Origin: Psammoneis japonica
Lineage: Eukaryota
DNA: 41,369 nucleotides
Reading direction: 5' to 3'
Assembly: GCA_008632985.1 (NCBI GenBank)
Contig: QPGO01000165.1
Location: 124,001 to 165,369, forward strand
The notes under the pieces were generated by a model. The model saw only the letters and a program-made list of their open reading frames with translations. It was not told where the DNA came from and did no database searches. The translations under genes and the position numbers were made by a program. Positions 1 to 12,029 of the stretch are shown here, one piece after another. Numbering within the stretch: the stretch's first letter is position 1; each line of letters starts with the position of its first letter.

Positions 1-553
1 TCTTGCCACTGCGTGGAATCACACTGCAAGTGGAGCTCACATCCTTGACTGGCAGATGTGTTTAGACCAATGGGCTTGACAAACTGAGAACAAAGTCAAG
101 AAATGCTCAAAGGACTGTTGCTGATTGGCTGATGAAGAAGCTGACATGCTGGATGCCACACACAACCCTCACATCATTTTCTCATCTGAAAACCCGTGTG
201 CACAAAGCCTCTTGTGCCAGCAAAGAAACACATGAGGATGCCCTTGCGGCTTGTGCACAACTTGAGGACACCTGGGAATGGAGACAAAAGGATTTTCTTG
301 TGGTGGATGGATGCAGTTGAGCAAAAACAATTGGGGCCCTGGCAAGTGCAAAGATGACTCAAACAGAAGGTTTTCATGTGTGCTGGCAAATGTGTGGGAT
401 GACAAACAAAACAGCACCAATTGGTGAGAGCAACAATGTCTGGCATGCATGTGAAGACAGACAACTCAAAGTTTGCTGTTTGTTTGAAACAAAGCCAAAG
501 CAATGGTTTCACCCTCCTGGAACAAACCAATCATGTTGCTTTCTTTCTCTTCC
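1..553 (+). repeat. 3' part of a dispersed ~1.7-2 kb decayed gene-like repeat (copy A, cut by the window start)
   Basis: Aligns by eye with ~13105-13690 and ~20065-20555 (e.g. CCACTGCGTGGAATCACACTGCAA, CCTCTTGTGCCAGCAAAGAAA, GATGCAGTTGAGCAAAAACAA, CCTCCTGGAACAAACCAAT). Similarity stops near 553. Confidence 0.9.
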
Positions 554-797
554 GGCCAAAGAAAAATCCTGCAAAACCTGCAAACTTCAGGACAGGACAT
601 TTTGACAAAAAACGTCAAGGGACACTCAATGACTTTTCTTGCATTTTTGATTCAAATTGACTGGCAAGTTTGGAATCATGTGGAACCCACATGTGAATTT
701 GTGGTGTGTTCAATCCAACTGTGTGCCTCCTGAGCTGAAACCGACTGCATCACAAGATGCGCTAAAAACAACAAACACAAAAAATTAATTGCACACC

Positions 798-2620
798 ATG
801 TCGTCTTCAAGTGATGGCAATGCCAATGGCACCAACCATGTGCCACCAACACAAGACAGTCATGCTGATTGCATGCCTTGTGATGAGGACATGGGGCTTG
901 TGCCAACCCCTCACCTCCTCAATCAAAGGCTGTTCTTGTCCCTCCATGTTTGTGATTGCAAAGAACTGTTGACAGAAGAAAAGCTGCTTGTGGGTGCAAG
1001 CATCATGTCAACGAAGGTGTCCAGCCTCAGAGCTCTTTTCCAAAAGTGCAAGCATGTTTGCAATGACAACCCCACACCCAAAAACCTTTCCACCTCAGGC
1101 AATTCTGGTGACTTGAAGAAACATCTGATGATGTGGTTCTGCGTCTTCCGGCAGGAAGGAGCACGCATTGAAAAGTGCCCCTTCAGCACTTCCAAGAACT
1201 GGAGCCAGACAGAAGATTCACACATTGTTGAGACACTTGGTGACCCTTCCTTCCAAAAACCCCTCCAGCACCTTCACCAAAAGGCTCCACATGTTGTGCT
1301 GGAGGAGGGCAACCCACCCCTTGTGGCTGTGTGCCAACAGTTCACAGTGGTTCTGTGCAACAATTTTGACAAGTGCAAACCAACATGCAGGTTTCAAGAT
1401 GACCCACTGCTGAAGGTGTTTGATCCCAATGACAAGACAATTGCTTTCCATGCTCCAGATGTCATCAAATTGAGGGTTGGCCAGCTTGGAAGCAGACTGA
1501 CAGTGGTGCACAAGCTTGGCACAAAAAGTGGCTTGGACCCAGAAGGTTTTGAAAATGCACTTGATCTGACAGATCCGCTGGACCAATCAACTCTCTGTTG
1601 GTGGAAGTCAATTGACAGCCATGGTGATTCATCTGTTCTCAACAAGTTTGTGCGCCTTCTTCCAGCTGGGTCAGGTGTGGATGCCTCGGATCCCAGCACC
1701 ATCGAACACAGCCTGAAAGCTGCCAACTCCATCTTGCGCAGCATGTGCAAGGGTGACAGCTCCTCCAGCAAGCCCAAAGTGTGTCTGAAAAAGTCCTCAA
1801 GGTGGTCAATGAGTTGAAAAGTGACATGATGGACAAGGTCAACAAAGAGAACATGTTTTTCTTGCAGCAGAATCAAGACCATGCCCAGGACAAGGTGGAG
1901 TGACTGGGCAACAAGATTCCAGCCATGATGCATGAAAAGGTTGACAACTTCAAAAAGCACAAGAGAAAGATCAAGCAGTGCAAAAAAGCCTGCAGTGAGC
2001 ACAAGGAGCTCAAGAAAGGGGCAGCAAAAGCATGAAAAGTTGAGTTGGACAACATTGACCATGACAATGCTTCTTTTCTTCTGTCTGAGTCATCCAGCAG
2101 TGGCAACAATGAGGTGAGTGCCTTGTGCATTGTCCATTTTACAGTGCCAATGATTTGTGCCAACTCAGTGTTTGTTGTCAACACAAGTGCCATCAATGCC
2201 ATGGAAGGAACAAGTCTGAGAAAGCATCTGCTGGGAACAACTCCAATGGCTGCAGTGGAAGGAATGAGTCTGCAGAGCTGGAGGAAGATGTCCAGTCTGA
2301 CAACAAGAGCAATTCACACAATGAGCCAGTGCACTGTGGCCACACAGAATGCAACAAGCCCAATGAGCTGGTTGGCACCCAAGACAAGGCACAACACCAT
2401 GATTTCAATTTCTTGGATTTGGGTTCTTGGTTGTCAAACATGTGCTGCAACTTTGGCTTTTGTGAGCATTGCTTGCATTGTGTTGGTTGAAAAGCTCACC
2501 TTGACAAAAATGACCCCACTTCCCTGACTTGTGGGTGCGATTGCTGCATTCATGGGGCACAACTTTGTGCACTTGCATTGTGTCCTGATGTGGACAACAC
2601 CGCCACAGACTGTGACATTC
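798..2620 (+). pseudogene. Decayed gene of unknown function with an N-terminal SAP-like motif and a C-terminal Cys/His-rich region
   Basis: 342-aa ORF (789-1817) contains KVSSLRALFQK...LSTSGNSGDLKKHL, resembling the SAP motif LKVxELR...LSTSGxKxDLxxRL. Coding-like sequence continues in shifted frames (Lys-rich, acidic, then CxxC clusters at ~2330-2590). Tyr is absent. End point approximate. Confidence 0.4.
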
Positions 2621-3498
2621 CAGTTGAACATTGTTTAGAGAACAACAGCTTTTTGATGGCACAACTTTTATTTCTGTGGCTCCAGCACATTTGAGTCATC
2701 ATCCAGATGTCCTGTCAACCCCGCAGTTGCATGCCCAAATCCCAGCAGAGCCTTTTGCTCAATCAAGTTGGTGTTGCTTTACAAAAACTTAGAATTGTGG
2801 CACAGTCAATGGCAACTAAATCATCTGCAGAACAAGAGCTTTCCAATGATGCCACTTTTATTTCCACGCCCCCAGAAGATCCAAATTGACATTCAGATGT
2901 CCCACACACCCGCAGCTGCACACCAAAATCTCAGTGCGTTTTGCTCAAGCAGGCGCTGCTTTACAAAAACTTGGAATTACAGCACAATCAATGGCAATGA
3001 CATCATCTGCAGAACGAGAGCTTTCCAATGATGTCACTTTTATTTCCACGCCTGCACTGCACCTGAATCATCATCCAGATGTTCTGCCGACCCCGCAGCT
3101 GTGCACCAAAGTCCCAGTGCGTTTTGCTCAAGCAGGCATCACTCCAGCTAGAGTTGGAATTGTGGGAGAATCAAAGGCAACAACGCTGTCTACAGAATGA
3201 GATCTTTCTGACAATGTGGCTTTCATTTCCATGCCTCTAGCACATCCAAATCACCATCCAGATGTCCCGCTGACCCGCACTTGCATGCCCAAACCCCAAT
3301 GCATTTTGCTCAAGTGGAGGCATTGCTTCACAAGAACTTGGAATTGTGATGCAATCAACAGCAACATCATCATCTATAGAATGATGGCTTTCTAATGACA
3401 TTGCTTTCATTGCCATGCCCCTGATGCATCCAAGTTGGCATTCAGACATCCTGCCAACCCAGCAGTTGCACACCCAAATCCCAGTGCGTTTTGCTTGA

Positions 3499-4093
3499 GG
3501 TGCCATGCACAGACTCAACTTTGCTGCGCAGAGTTCACACAGAGCCACGCAAAACTTACACCAGAGCATGTGCAGAAAAGATGCAAAATCACAGTGCTGA
3601 CCCGCAATCCAAGATTCCATCTCTGACAGTGTGAACCCCACAAAAATTCTGGATCAAACTCCTGCGTGGGACTCAACACAACATGGCTTGACTCAGAGGA
3701 GCTGGGTGACAATGATGTCTCTTTGCAAGACCCAACAAACCACACGTGCATGGAAAGATCATCAAGAGCAGATGTTGGTTGCAACAGTCAAACTGCAGCT
3801 CACACATCCATGTCCAAAGATGCCACAGATTGCAATCTAATGCCTTCTAATTTGTGATTGAGGAAATCCAATGGCATCTTTGGACATGTTGGTGTGAGGT
3901 GCAGTTTGACCCCCCAAACCTTCTTCCCAAATGTGTGCTTGAGACACTTCAACACCTCTTTCTTTGTGACACTTGACATGTTGATAAAATGATTGCCACT
4001 GAAAGTCTTTGCTCCACTCAGCAGACTCATTGCAGCTTTAGCACTGCCATCCATGGCCCACAAGCAACAGCACATGAGACTGTGTCTGATGCC
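3499..4093. mobile_element. 595-bp non-autonomous DNA transposon with GG...CC ends and TTGA (probably ancestral TTAA) target duplication; Kolobok-like
   Basis: Splits one tandem-repeat unit. TTGA occurs at 3495-3498 and 4094-4097. Imperfect TIR: GGTGCCATGCACAGACTCA versus the reverse complement of the right end, GGCATCAGACACAGTCTCA. Uninterrupted units carry TCAA at this site. Superfamily is inferred only from TSD and termini. Confidence 0.8.
3787..3910. repeat. Inverted repeat with 39-bp arms and a ~46-bp spacer
   Basis: GTCAAACTGCAGCTCACACATCCATGTCCAAAGATGCCA (3787-3825) versus the reverse complement of 3872-3910, GTCAAACTGCACCTCACACCAACATGTCCAAAGATGCCA. Confidence 0.9.
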
Positions 4094-4599
4094 TTGAGCA
4101 GGCATTGGTTTACAAAAACTTGGAATTGCAGCACAGTCAATGGCGGTGACATCATCTGCTGAACAAGAGCTTTCTGATGATGTCACTTGTGTTTCCACAC
4201 CTGTGCTGCACATCCGAGTCATCATCCAGACATTCTGCCGACCCCCCGTGTGCACCAAAATCCCACTGCATTTTGCTCAAACAGGCGTTGCTCCAGCTGG
4301 AGCAGAAATTGTGGGACAATCAAAGGCAATGACACCATCTGCAGAATGACAACTTTCCAATGGTGTTGCTTTTGTTCCCATGACAACAGCAGATTGGTTC
4401 TCCAGTTGTGGTTCAATGCCATCAACGACAGTGACGCCACATTTCTGCTGCTGCAAGGTGGGCAAACAATGTCAGCAGTTCTCAATGAATCTGAGATTTG
4501 TCACCAAATTGGACACTGCTCATGACAAACCCTTGGGGGTGGACCTTTCTTTAAGCCAACACTGGACCTGAGGATGCAAGTTGTGGTTGCATCCCATGG

Positions 4600-5700
4600 G
4601 CTTGTCTGCGGAAAGGAATGGCTCACCCTGTTGGTGCTGACCTGGCCCAGTGTTGACTGAAGGAAGATGCAATTCATCATCATCAACTCTGAGGTCTCTC
4701 AAAATGTTGTGCAAGTGAAACATTCATTGAATCACCAAGAAACACCTGCGCAACGGAAAAGGCAAGGGCCACCAAAAAATCCCAAACTTCTGGCAGACAT
4801 TGCCCCACATGCGCTCAATGCAATTGTGGCAGCCTTTGTTCAGATGACAGTTGAATGCATCCTTGCATGGCTCACAATCTGCAAGCATGGTGCCTGTCCA
4901 TGGACCTGCCTGATTTGCGCCACAGCCGCAAGCCTCATCCAAAGAGATGTGGCAGTGCCTCTCTGTGCCACGACACTTGACTTGGATTTCATTCTCCCAT
5001 CTTCTGCCCATGGCGCACAACTCCCAAGCCATCCTGTCATGAGCATTTCCTGTGGCATGGACATCCAAGACTTGGCACTTTGGGTCAGCATCTGCAATTG
5101 CTTGGATGTAAATTGCTGGAAAACCCTTTTGATTGATGCGCAACATTGGGTTCTTGCATTTGTTGCTGCACCGGGCATGCGAATTCTCACAGCATGTCCA
5201 TCCAGTGCTCCCACATGACCCAAGCACAGTTCAGGAAGATTGTTCTTGTTTGTCAAGAATTGATTTTTCCCACATGGTGCCAACATCAGCTGGAACAAAC
5301 ACCTTGAAAAAATCCAACAATGTGTCCTCCACACAAGTGTGACCCACACCAAAAGCAAACACAAGAGCCCCCAATGAACAACCTCCAGCCCCCATGCAAC
5401 TGACTTTTAATTTTTCATTGACCGCAAGTGGCCTCCTGTTGCAATCCTGTCATCCCCCCACCATGTTGGCATCTGACAACCTTGGCTTCAAATGTGGGTG
5501 TGCAATTTGTTTTGGAGACATTCTGTGGTGTGTGGGGGCATTCTGAAAACAGCGACAAATTCTCCTGAGAGCAAGGAGGCACAACATGAATTGAGCAAGT
5601 CCCAAACAATGCATTTTGCATGAGAATGCTCTTGCAATGATTCTCATGCTTCAATGGCATCAGCGTGATGACACAAAATGGCAGTGAGTTCTGCCAACAA
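4600..5700 (-). mobile_element. PIF/Harbinger (DDE_Tnp_4, HARBI1-like) transposase pseudogene
   Basis: Motifs across shifted frames: GHVGALDGHAVRIRMP, NQKGFPAIYIQAIADA, GNAHDRMAW, LDEACG, KDAFNCHL, CIERMWG...KFGIFWWPL. These match the family pattern GAxDG...NRKGF...QA...GSxHD...DxAY...FN...RxxIExxFG...FGIxWRPL. Core is 4724-5240; outer limits approximate; TIRs not found. Confidence 0.88.
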
Positions 5701-6344
5701 AGCCAGCCTCTTTTTTTTTCTTTTTCCTTGGTCTCATTGCCACTGGTGCACTGAGATCTGGTGGAGCTTCATCAAAAGAAGACATGGCAAGTTTGCATGA
5801 GCGTGATTGATTTGCTTTTTCCACCAACATCACTGGTGCTTCAGCGCTGCTCACAAGAAGATGCCTCCAAACACCATGCACTTTGCAGCTCTTGCCCATT
5901 GTGAGTGTGAAATCAGGGGACAGTCTCAGAGACACAAAAATTCAGAAAGCGACATCACATCTGACAATTTTTGAAAATGTCATTGTGCAGACTGTGCAAG
6001 GGTTTGCAAGGGCAATGGAACAGGTCAGCACCATTGTTCAGTTCCCACGCGCTGCATTGTTTTTAGCCAATCAAATTGTTTTTCAACTCCATCATGAGTC
6101 AGCAAAAGCCAAATGTGACGCATCATCACTTGACAACATCAACATCCTTTTTGGCATTTATGACATCATCACTCAAGAGATGACAAAATGGAAATGGAAA
6201 ATGGACAGATGCAGTGGTGGGAAAACTGCACATTCAGAACACACATCAACAACCACAGTCGCTGCGGCATCACCATGGCCACTCCGCTCCATTTGTGCCA
6301 TCACACTGGGACAACAAGACAGGCAAGAGCATTCATCTAAGGAA

Positions 6345-6657
6345 GTGCAAATGCCTTGAGTTTTGTGGTGGCATTTGTTGTTTGATGACTCCTCAAAGTT
6401 GTTGCATTCTTTTCCATTTTCTGCCAGTGCTGATGGTGGGTGTTTTTTCTCTTCTGCCAACAAGATCATTCATGAGTCAACTGGCACTGGCGTGATGCAA
6501 TGGGTGAGAGAACCACAAAGGCTGTGCAAACGTCTCGAGTTTGAGGGGGGCATTTGTCATTTGACAACTCCCAAAATTTGTTGTGTTCTTTTCTGTTTTC
6601 TGCTGGTGCAGATGGTTGGTGTTCTTTGTTTTGTTCACTGCCAACAACAAGATCATG
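6345..6657. repeat. Degenerate tandem duplication (~180-bp period)
   Basis: GTGCAAATGCCTTGAGTTTTG...GATGGTGGGTGTT...AACAAGATCAT (6345-6470) is repeated at ~6525-6657. Confidence 0.8.
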
Positions 6658-7067
6658 GCAAACAATCAGCCATGGAAAGACACACATTGGTGGTTGGTTG
6701 GCACCAGCAGGACTTTGCTCCTCTTTCAACACATTGAACATTGGTTGACTGCAGCATGTGTGCCGTTGCACACATGATGCTTCAGGCACTTGCACCAAAA
6801 TCATTCTCTGCTTTGACACAGATGCTTCTGGCAGATGATGCTGGCTGTGGACACATTGAATGTTGGTTGACTGCAATTCATTGGCTCTAGAAGGAACCCT
6901 CAGGTGTGAGCATGCATGACGCAACCATGTGTGCCATTTTGGACATGATGCTTCCGGCCCTTGCACCAAAATTATTCTTTTCTTTGGTGCAGACACTGCT
7001 GGCTGTAGAGTGGGGATTGCTGCCAAAATCTCACCAACAAACATTGACCACAATGCATGCACTCTCT

Positions 7068-9850
7068 CTAAAAGAATCCCGCAGTGGTTTTTGTGCATGG
7101 GAGTGCATGCACAACGTGACCACGGAGGCCGTTTTGCACACGTCTCTTCTGGCCCTCACAGCAAAATTCTTCTTCAGTTCTTCTTCTCTTCTTTGACATG
7201 GATGCTGCTGGCTCTGGAGTGGGGGTTGCCACTGCCAGATGTGCCACTTGGAGGTTGGCAGGGAAGCAAAAGGGTGATGGACTGACAAACAAACCAGTGC
7301 TTGGTTGCACCCATGGTGATGGCGGCATCAGAACTGGAAGGACAGGAGGAGGCAGTGGAGGTGCAATTGCATTTGGCTGTTGATGCCATTGGAAGTGATG
7401 GGTGCTGCTGTGTTGTGGCTGTTCTTGACTGGCAGTTTGCTGTGGTGAGTTTTTGGTCTCGATTCCAAACAAAAGGGACTCATCAGAATTGCAGACAATG
7501 ACTCATGCTCGTTGCCATTGCTGCCTTCATCACCAACAGTGCCAGAGTGTTGCTGCATTTGGACATGTGGCAGCAGCTCAGGGTTGGAAGCGCATTTGGG
7601 GCATTGACACTGACTGTTGGTTGGGTGCTTGGGATGCTGAGAGTGCCACTGTCTCTGAGACAACAAGCACTCAGAAAAGAATTCATCCCCATCATCCTCA
7701 GGTCAATCTGGAAGATTTTGGTGCTGCGGGAATTTTGAACCATGCTTTGATGCCCTGCTGTTGATTTTGCAGAGCTTGAGATGGGACAGGAACCTTGGCT
7801 CATTTTGAAAATGGCTTGGTGCTTCCTCGGCTGTCTCTGCTCCAAAAAGTTCAAGCCACAGTTTCAAATTGTGCCTTGCAGTCCCTTGCAGGTTGAGACT
7901 GTCTGCAAGCTCCCATCGCATCCCCATGTTTGCAAAGTGTGCCAGGAGATGGTGACACTTTTCAAGTGAGGACTCTCCTTTTTTGGTGATCCACGGTGAA
8001 AGCTTGTGTTTTGACTTTGCCAATGGCTTGATCTCCTGGCAGCAGTCTCCAACGATCTTGGGTGAGTGCTGGACATTCTCAATCAATGCATCCCCAATGC
8101 TTGTCTTGCCCCTGCCATGAACGGTGTCTTTCCATTGTCCAACTTGCCTTGTCCTGGTGGCTCACCTTTGGTGTTTGCAACCTTGAGCTTGCACCATCAC
8201 TCTCTCAGGTGAATCCAAGACAGCACTGTTGGGACAGAAACTTTGTGCATGAGAGAACCACAATGCTGCATCCACCTCTTGCTTTGTTTCAAATTGGACA
8301 TTTCTTGTGGGTCATGGATCTTTCCATTCACAGTTCCATCTTGTAGCACCATGACAACACCAGACTTGTTCTCTTGATTGAATGCACACAGGCAACTTAA
8401 GAACTGTTGGAGAGCTGAGTTAAAGTCCTTGTGGCTGCGACGCATGAATTTTGTGATGCATTGAATTGCATGGAAAAATCCAAGTCAACCAACAATTGTG
8501 GCACCAAAAATGATTTGGCAGAAAGGGTCAAGCTTCAGTCATGTGTTGGTGTGCACACACTTGGGTGCAAAGTTGTTTTGATGAGCCATCTGCTCAATTG
8601 TGTGGGAACAATCAGACATGGCAGTGGAGTCAACAAGACCCGTAAAGGCTGTAAATCCAGCATCAGTCGACTGCATTGCACGCACATCAGCACCCAACAA
8701 TGATGGACAATTTGCAATGATGGAGTGTGTGTGGTTGACTGTGGTTGAAGTCTTGCATCCATGTGATTGAATCTCTCACTTGTGATGATCATCATCACTC
8801 ACACCACAAGCTGTCAGATCTGACTGGTTGGCTTCAAGAGCCAAGTCAAGCAGCTGAGCACCAGAAGGAGGAAGCTGTCCATGCCATTCTTGCAAAGAAG
8901 GCAAGTCCAGAAATGCTGCATCCTGGTTGGTCTTGTCAGAGCTGCAGTGTGACAGCTTCAGCTCTTCCTGCCGGCAGTTTTGGCTTTTGAAAAGTGACCA
9001 AGAGAACCGTTGTGCACTTGATTCTGTCAATGCAGCCTCTTCCAACCAAGAAGACACCTTGTCGTGGAGCAGGAAGATGCTTGGGGTCCACTGGGAATGT
9101 GGCACAACCACAGTCTGGAAGGGCATTCAGGACATGCCCATCACTTGACCTGAAAAGAGCCTTGCAACAAGAGCACTTTAAGGTTGCGCCATGCTCCCAG
9201 TCAGTGCAGCCAACCACTCTGAACACCTGGGTTGCACTGCTTGCAAACCCTGCACCACCACACTCAACCCTTGCATGTTCAAGAGTCCCAGAGCTGCAGG
9301 CAGTGCACAACAGAGGTGCGTCGGGGAGATTGAGCTCCCACCATGTAAGATGTGTTGCAGTGCCTTGAATGGATTTGCACACAGGATCAGGAGTCACGTG
9401 GAAAGTGGTCTCGGCGCCATTTGACGCATTTGTTGCGGTCACTGCAAAGTCAAGGGCACTGCATGTGAATAAATTCAAGCAATGCCAAAATTGGGAGAGG
9501 CACTTTGACACTTTCATGAGTCAATTGAGCAGTCTCAGATGAACTCCAAGTTGCCATTGCTGCCGGCATTGCTTTCTTCAGGAGGCCAGCAGTCATTTTC
9601 TTGTGTGGAAATGGCTCAACTCCACTCTTTGGCACCTTGCTGCTTGACACATTGTGCACAATGGCTGCATTCTCTGGAGGTGTGTCCCAGAAGTCTTCTT
9701 CAACCTCCTCTTCACCATTGTCTTCAGGGGGGAACAGGCAGTCACGCGACAAAATCCTTCTTTGCATCAGATTGTTTTTGCACTCATGGGGCATTGACAA
9801 CAGAAACTTGAGCACTTTTTTCTTTAATGCTGAAATCAGCATGCTGTCTG
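7068..9850 (-). mobile_element. Decayed large DNA-transposase-like ORF (RGxSxLExxH class, DUF6729-like, possibly Mutator-related)
   Basis: Consecutive minus-strand fragments: LCTAC...LKCSCCKALFRSSDGHVLNALPD...FPVDPKH; LGFFHAIQCITKFMRRSHKDF; KGESSLEKCHHLLAHFANMGMRWELADSLNLQGTARHNLK; then a Pro-rich tail ending in KKRRR...FCC...H...C. Many frameshifts and TGA stops. Family assignment is from motif recall, not a search. Confidence 0.55.
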
Positions 9851-10239
9851 GACAAACACAGCTGTCTGTGTTGGGGTTCTTGTGACATGTCTTGTCATGG
9901 CCAAGCTTGCATGACTTGCCTTTGACACATCATTTGCACACCTTGGTGCTGAAGTCCACATGACTGGTGATTTTTTTGTGAAACTTGTTGTTGCTCCCAA
10001 GCAAGTTGCAGTTGTGATTGAATTTGTGCTCCTTCCTTTGTGCTTCCTCTTTTGCTTTTCACTTGGCTCTTGCTTCTTCTCAACCTTCTTCTGCTGGGAA
10101 GGGTTTGATTGGCTTTTGGGCCTCATTTCTTTGCAAATGAAACTGGGCATGATGACAGGAGAAAAGGCACACCAAAAGGCATTCCTTCCATGCTGAAAGG
10201 CAGTGCAAAGGGAGAGGCTTCATTTGGCTGAAGTGCGCA

Positions 10240-11760
10240 CCTCAAAACATGCAACAAGGGTTGTTCTCATTGTGGGTGCAGCTGAAGATCAAAGTGAAAA
10301 TGGTGCATGCCAACACACGTCTTTTCCACAGAGTTGTCCTGCTGTGGGGGGGATGTTGCAGGTCCCCAAATGAACTCTGTTTTGCATGGGGGCCTTGAGC
10401 AATGACAGCACCCCCCCAAAAAAATGTTGGTCTTGGGTTGTTTGCGTTCATTCAGTGCAATTTACACATTTGGTTTCACCAAGTTGGGCCCTCTCTCCAA
10501 GTGGTTGTCCACACAGATGGCATGACAGCACACATGCTGTCTCTGGCTGTGGCACTTCTGGTGCTAATTCTACAACACAGCACATGAAACAGCATGTTTT
10601 TGCACAAAAAAATCGTGCCGGCGATTGATTCGTGGCTCCAGAGGGCAACAAACTCGTTTCTTGTGTGTTCAGAAGCCTTGGAATGCTGCTGCAAATCGAT
10701 TTTCTTTGTGCATTTCACACGCCCCCATGCCCGCTGATGTTCAATGAAGCTCCATCAATGGAAAAACAATTGAGGAGCATTGGAAAAATTGTGGTGGTGT
10801 TTTGGACTGGGACATCACATTGACAGCACATTTTGTCCAAACGTGCCTTCCGCATGGACAACCACTGGCCAGAGTTAGTTCTCATAGATGGGCATCTCAT
10901 CCACAACATCTGCAGTGCCTGTGACATCAATTCTTGCACTCAACAGGCCAATTTTTTTGTGCAATGTCACGTGCAGTTTGCAAACAGACTTGGGGAAAGT
11001 GGCTGGGCCCTGCTCTCTTTTCATCCACATTTTTTGACAGATCAGTTTCTGTGTCTGCTCATGTGGCCATGCATGTTGTTGCTGTCTTTGATTGCAGAGG
11101 CACACTGGAGTTGACAATGCAAGGCACAATGGGATGTCAAGAAACCATTCATTGTCAACCCCTTTCTTTTGCACCTGAGCTGTCAGAATGGGATGATCTG
11201 GCCAGCCTGGCATCACAAGTTTTGGAGCCTGTTGCAGTGCAAACAGTTGGATCCAATCTTGTGTGCTGCTTTTGTGCCCAGCAGTTTTTTTACTTGGCAG
11301 AGACACCCAACTTTGCAAATGTCATGGAGCAAGTTCAAGCTTTTCTCAGACACTGGCGGGTGCTTCTGAGCCATCAAACACTTGAGAAAAGTGGTGGCGG
11401 AAGGTTGAACACCCATTTTTGTGAACATTGATTTCTTCAAATCTTCTTCCAACCATGACTCTTTTCCTTCATGGACAGGGCATTTGCACTCATTGTCAGC
11501 AAGAACCATGTGGAACCCAAAGAATGTGAGGAGCTGTTCATGCACAACGTCATTGGTTTTGGGATTCCCATGGCATGGAGTCCAAGCACTCGTTGCCTGT
11601 TGGGTGATTCACTCCTTGAGCCAGCACAAAGCTGATGTGAGCCTTTTCTTCTTTTTTGGCTGACACTCCAGCTTGAGGATTTGTGTGAGTGGTGTCTTCT
11701 GTTGCTGCACCCACCCATGGTGGCAAACAACTTCAAACAAACAAGAGCTGCGCCTTCATC
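10240..11760 (-). mobile_element. Possible Crypton-like (tyrosine recombinase, NDC10-type) transposon relic
   Basis: After restoring Tyr, fragments read EYQPKKK...NDVVYEQLLTFFGFH...KIGSNCL...QNL and later ...VVELAPEV, resembling the Crypton N-terminal pattern AYxPKxxEF...VTxEK...FxF. Catalytic residues could not be assigned confidently. Confidence 0.3.
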
Positions 11761-12029
11761 TCCTCCTCACTCAAGGCCACTGCAGCTGGCAAAGAGATTG
11801 CATGTTGTGATGCAAGTTCAGCTGATCCTTTTTGTGTTGTGTCAACAATTGCTTCACTCATTTTGAAATGTCTGTGCCAAAACAGGAATTTTGACAAGTT
11901 TCGATGTTTTTGAGATCTTTTTGAAAGATTGCCACTTTGTCACAGACAGTTGGGGGGATCAAGTCATGCCTTGAGTCCCACCACTTCTTTTCACTTCATT
12001 GTCACACAACACATCAGCCCTGAAAAGGC

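Larger units (their letters stand above)
2620..4385. repeat. Tandem repeat with a ~183-bp unit (about 6.5 degenerate units), interrupted by an insertion at 3499-4093
   Basis: Anchor CAT(C/T)CAGA(T/C) recurs at 2700, 2890, 3072, 3255, 3439 and ~4222. Units share TTTTGCTCAAGC...AAAACTTGGAATTG...CATCTGCAGAACAAGAGCTTTC. Confidence 0.92.

Noticed and set aside
555..2680. Possible TIR pair GCCAAAGAAA...TTTCTGTGGC with a TCCG/TCCA duplication around the SAP-like relic
   Set aside because: The right-hand match is part of a 183-bp tandem-repeat unit, and the sequence after it does not resume the interrupted repeat copy A.
2620..4385. CRISPR-like array (also considered for 37048-37195)
   Set aside because: Whole units are homologous, with no unique spacers; the context is eukaryotic and has no cas genes.
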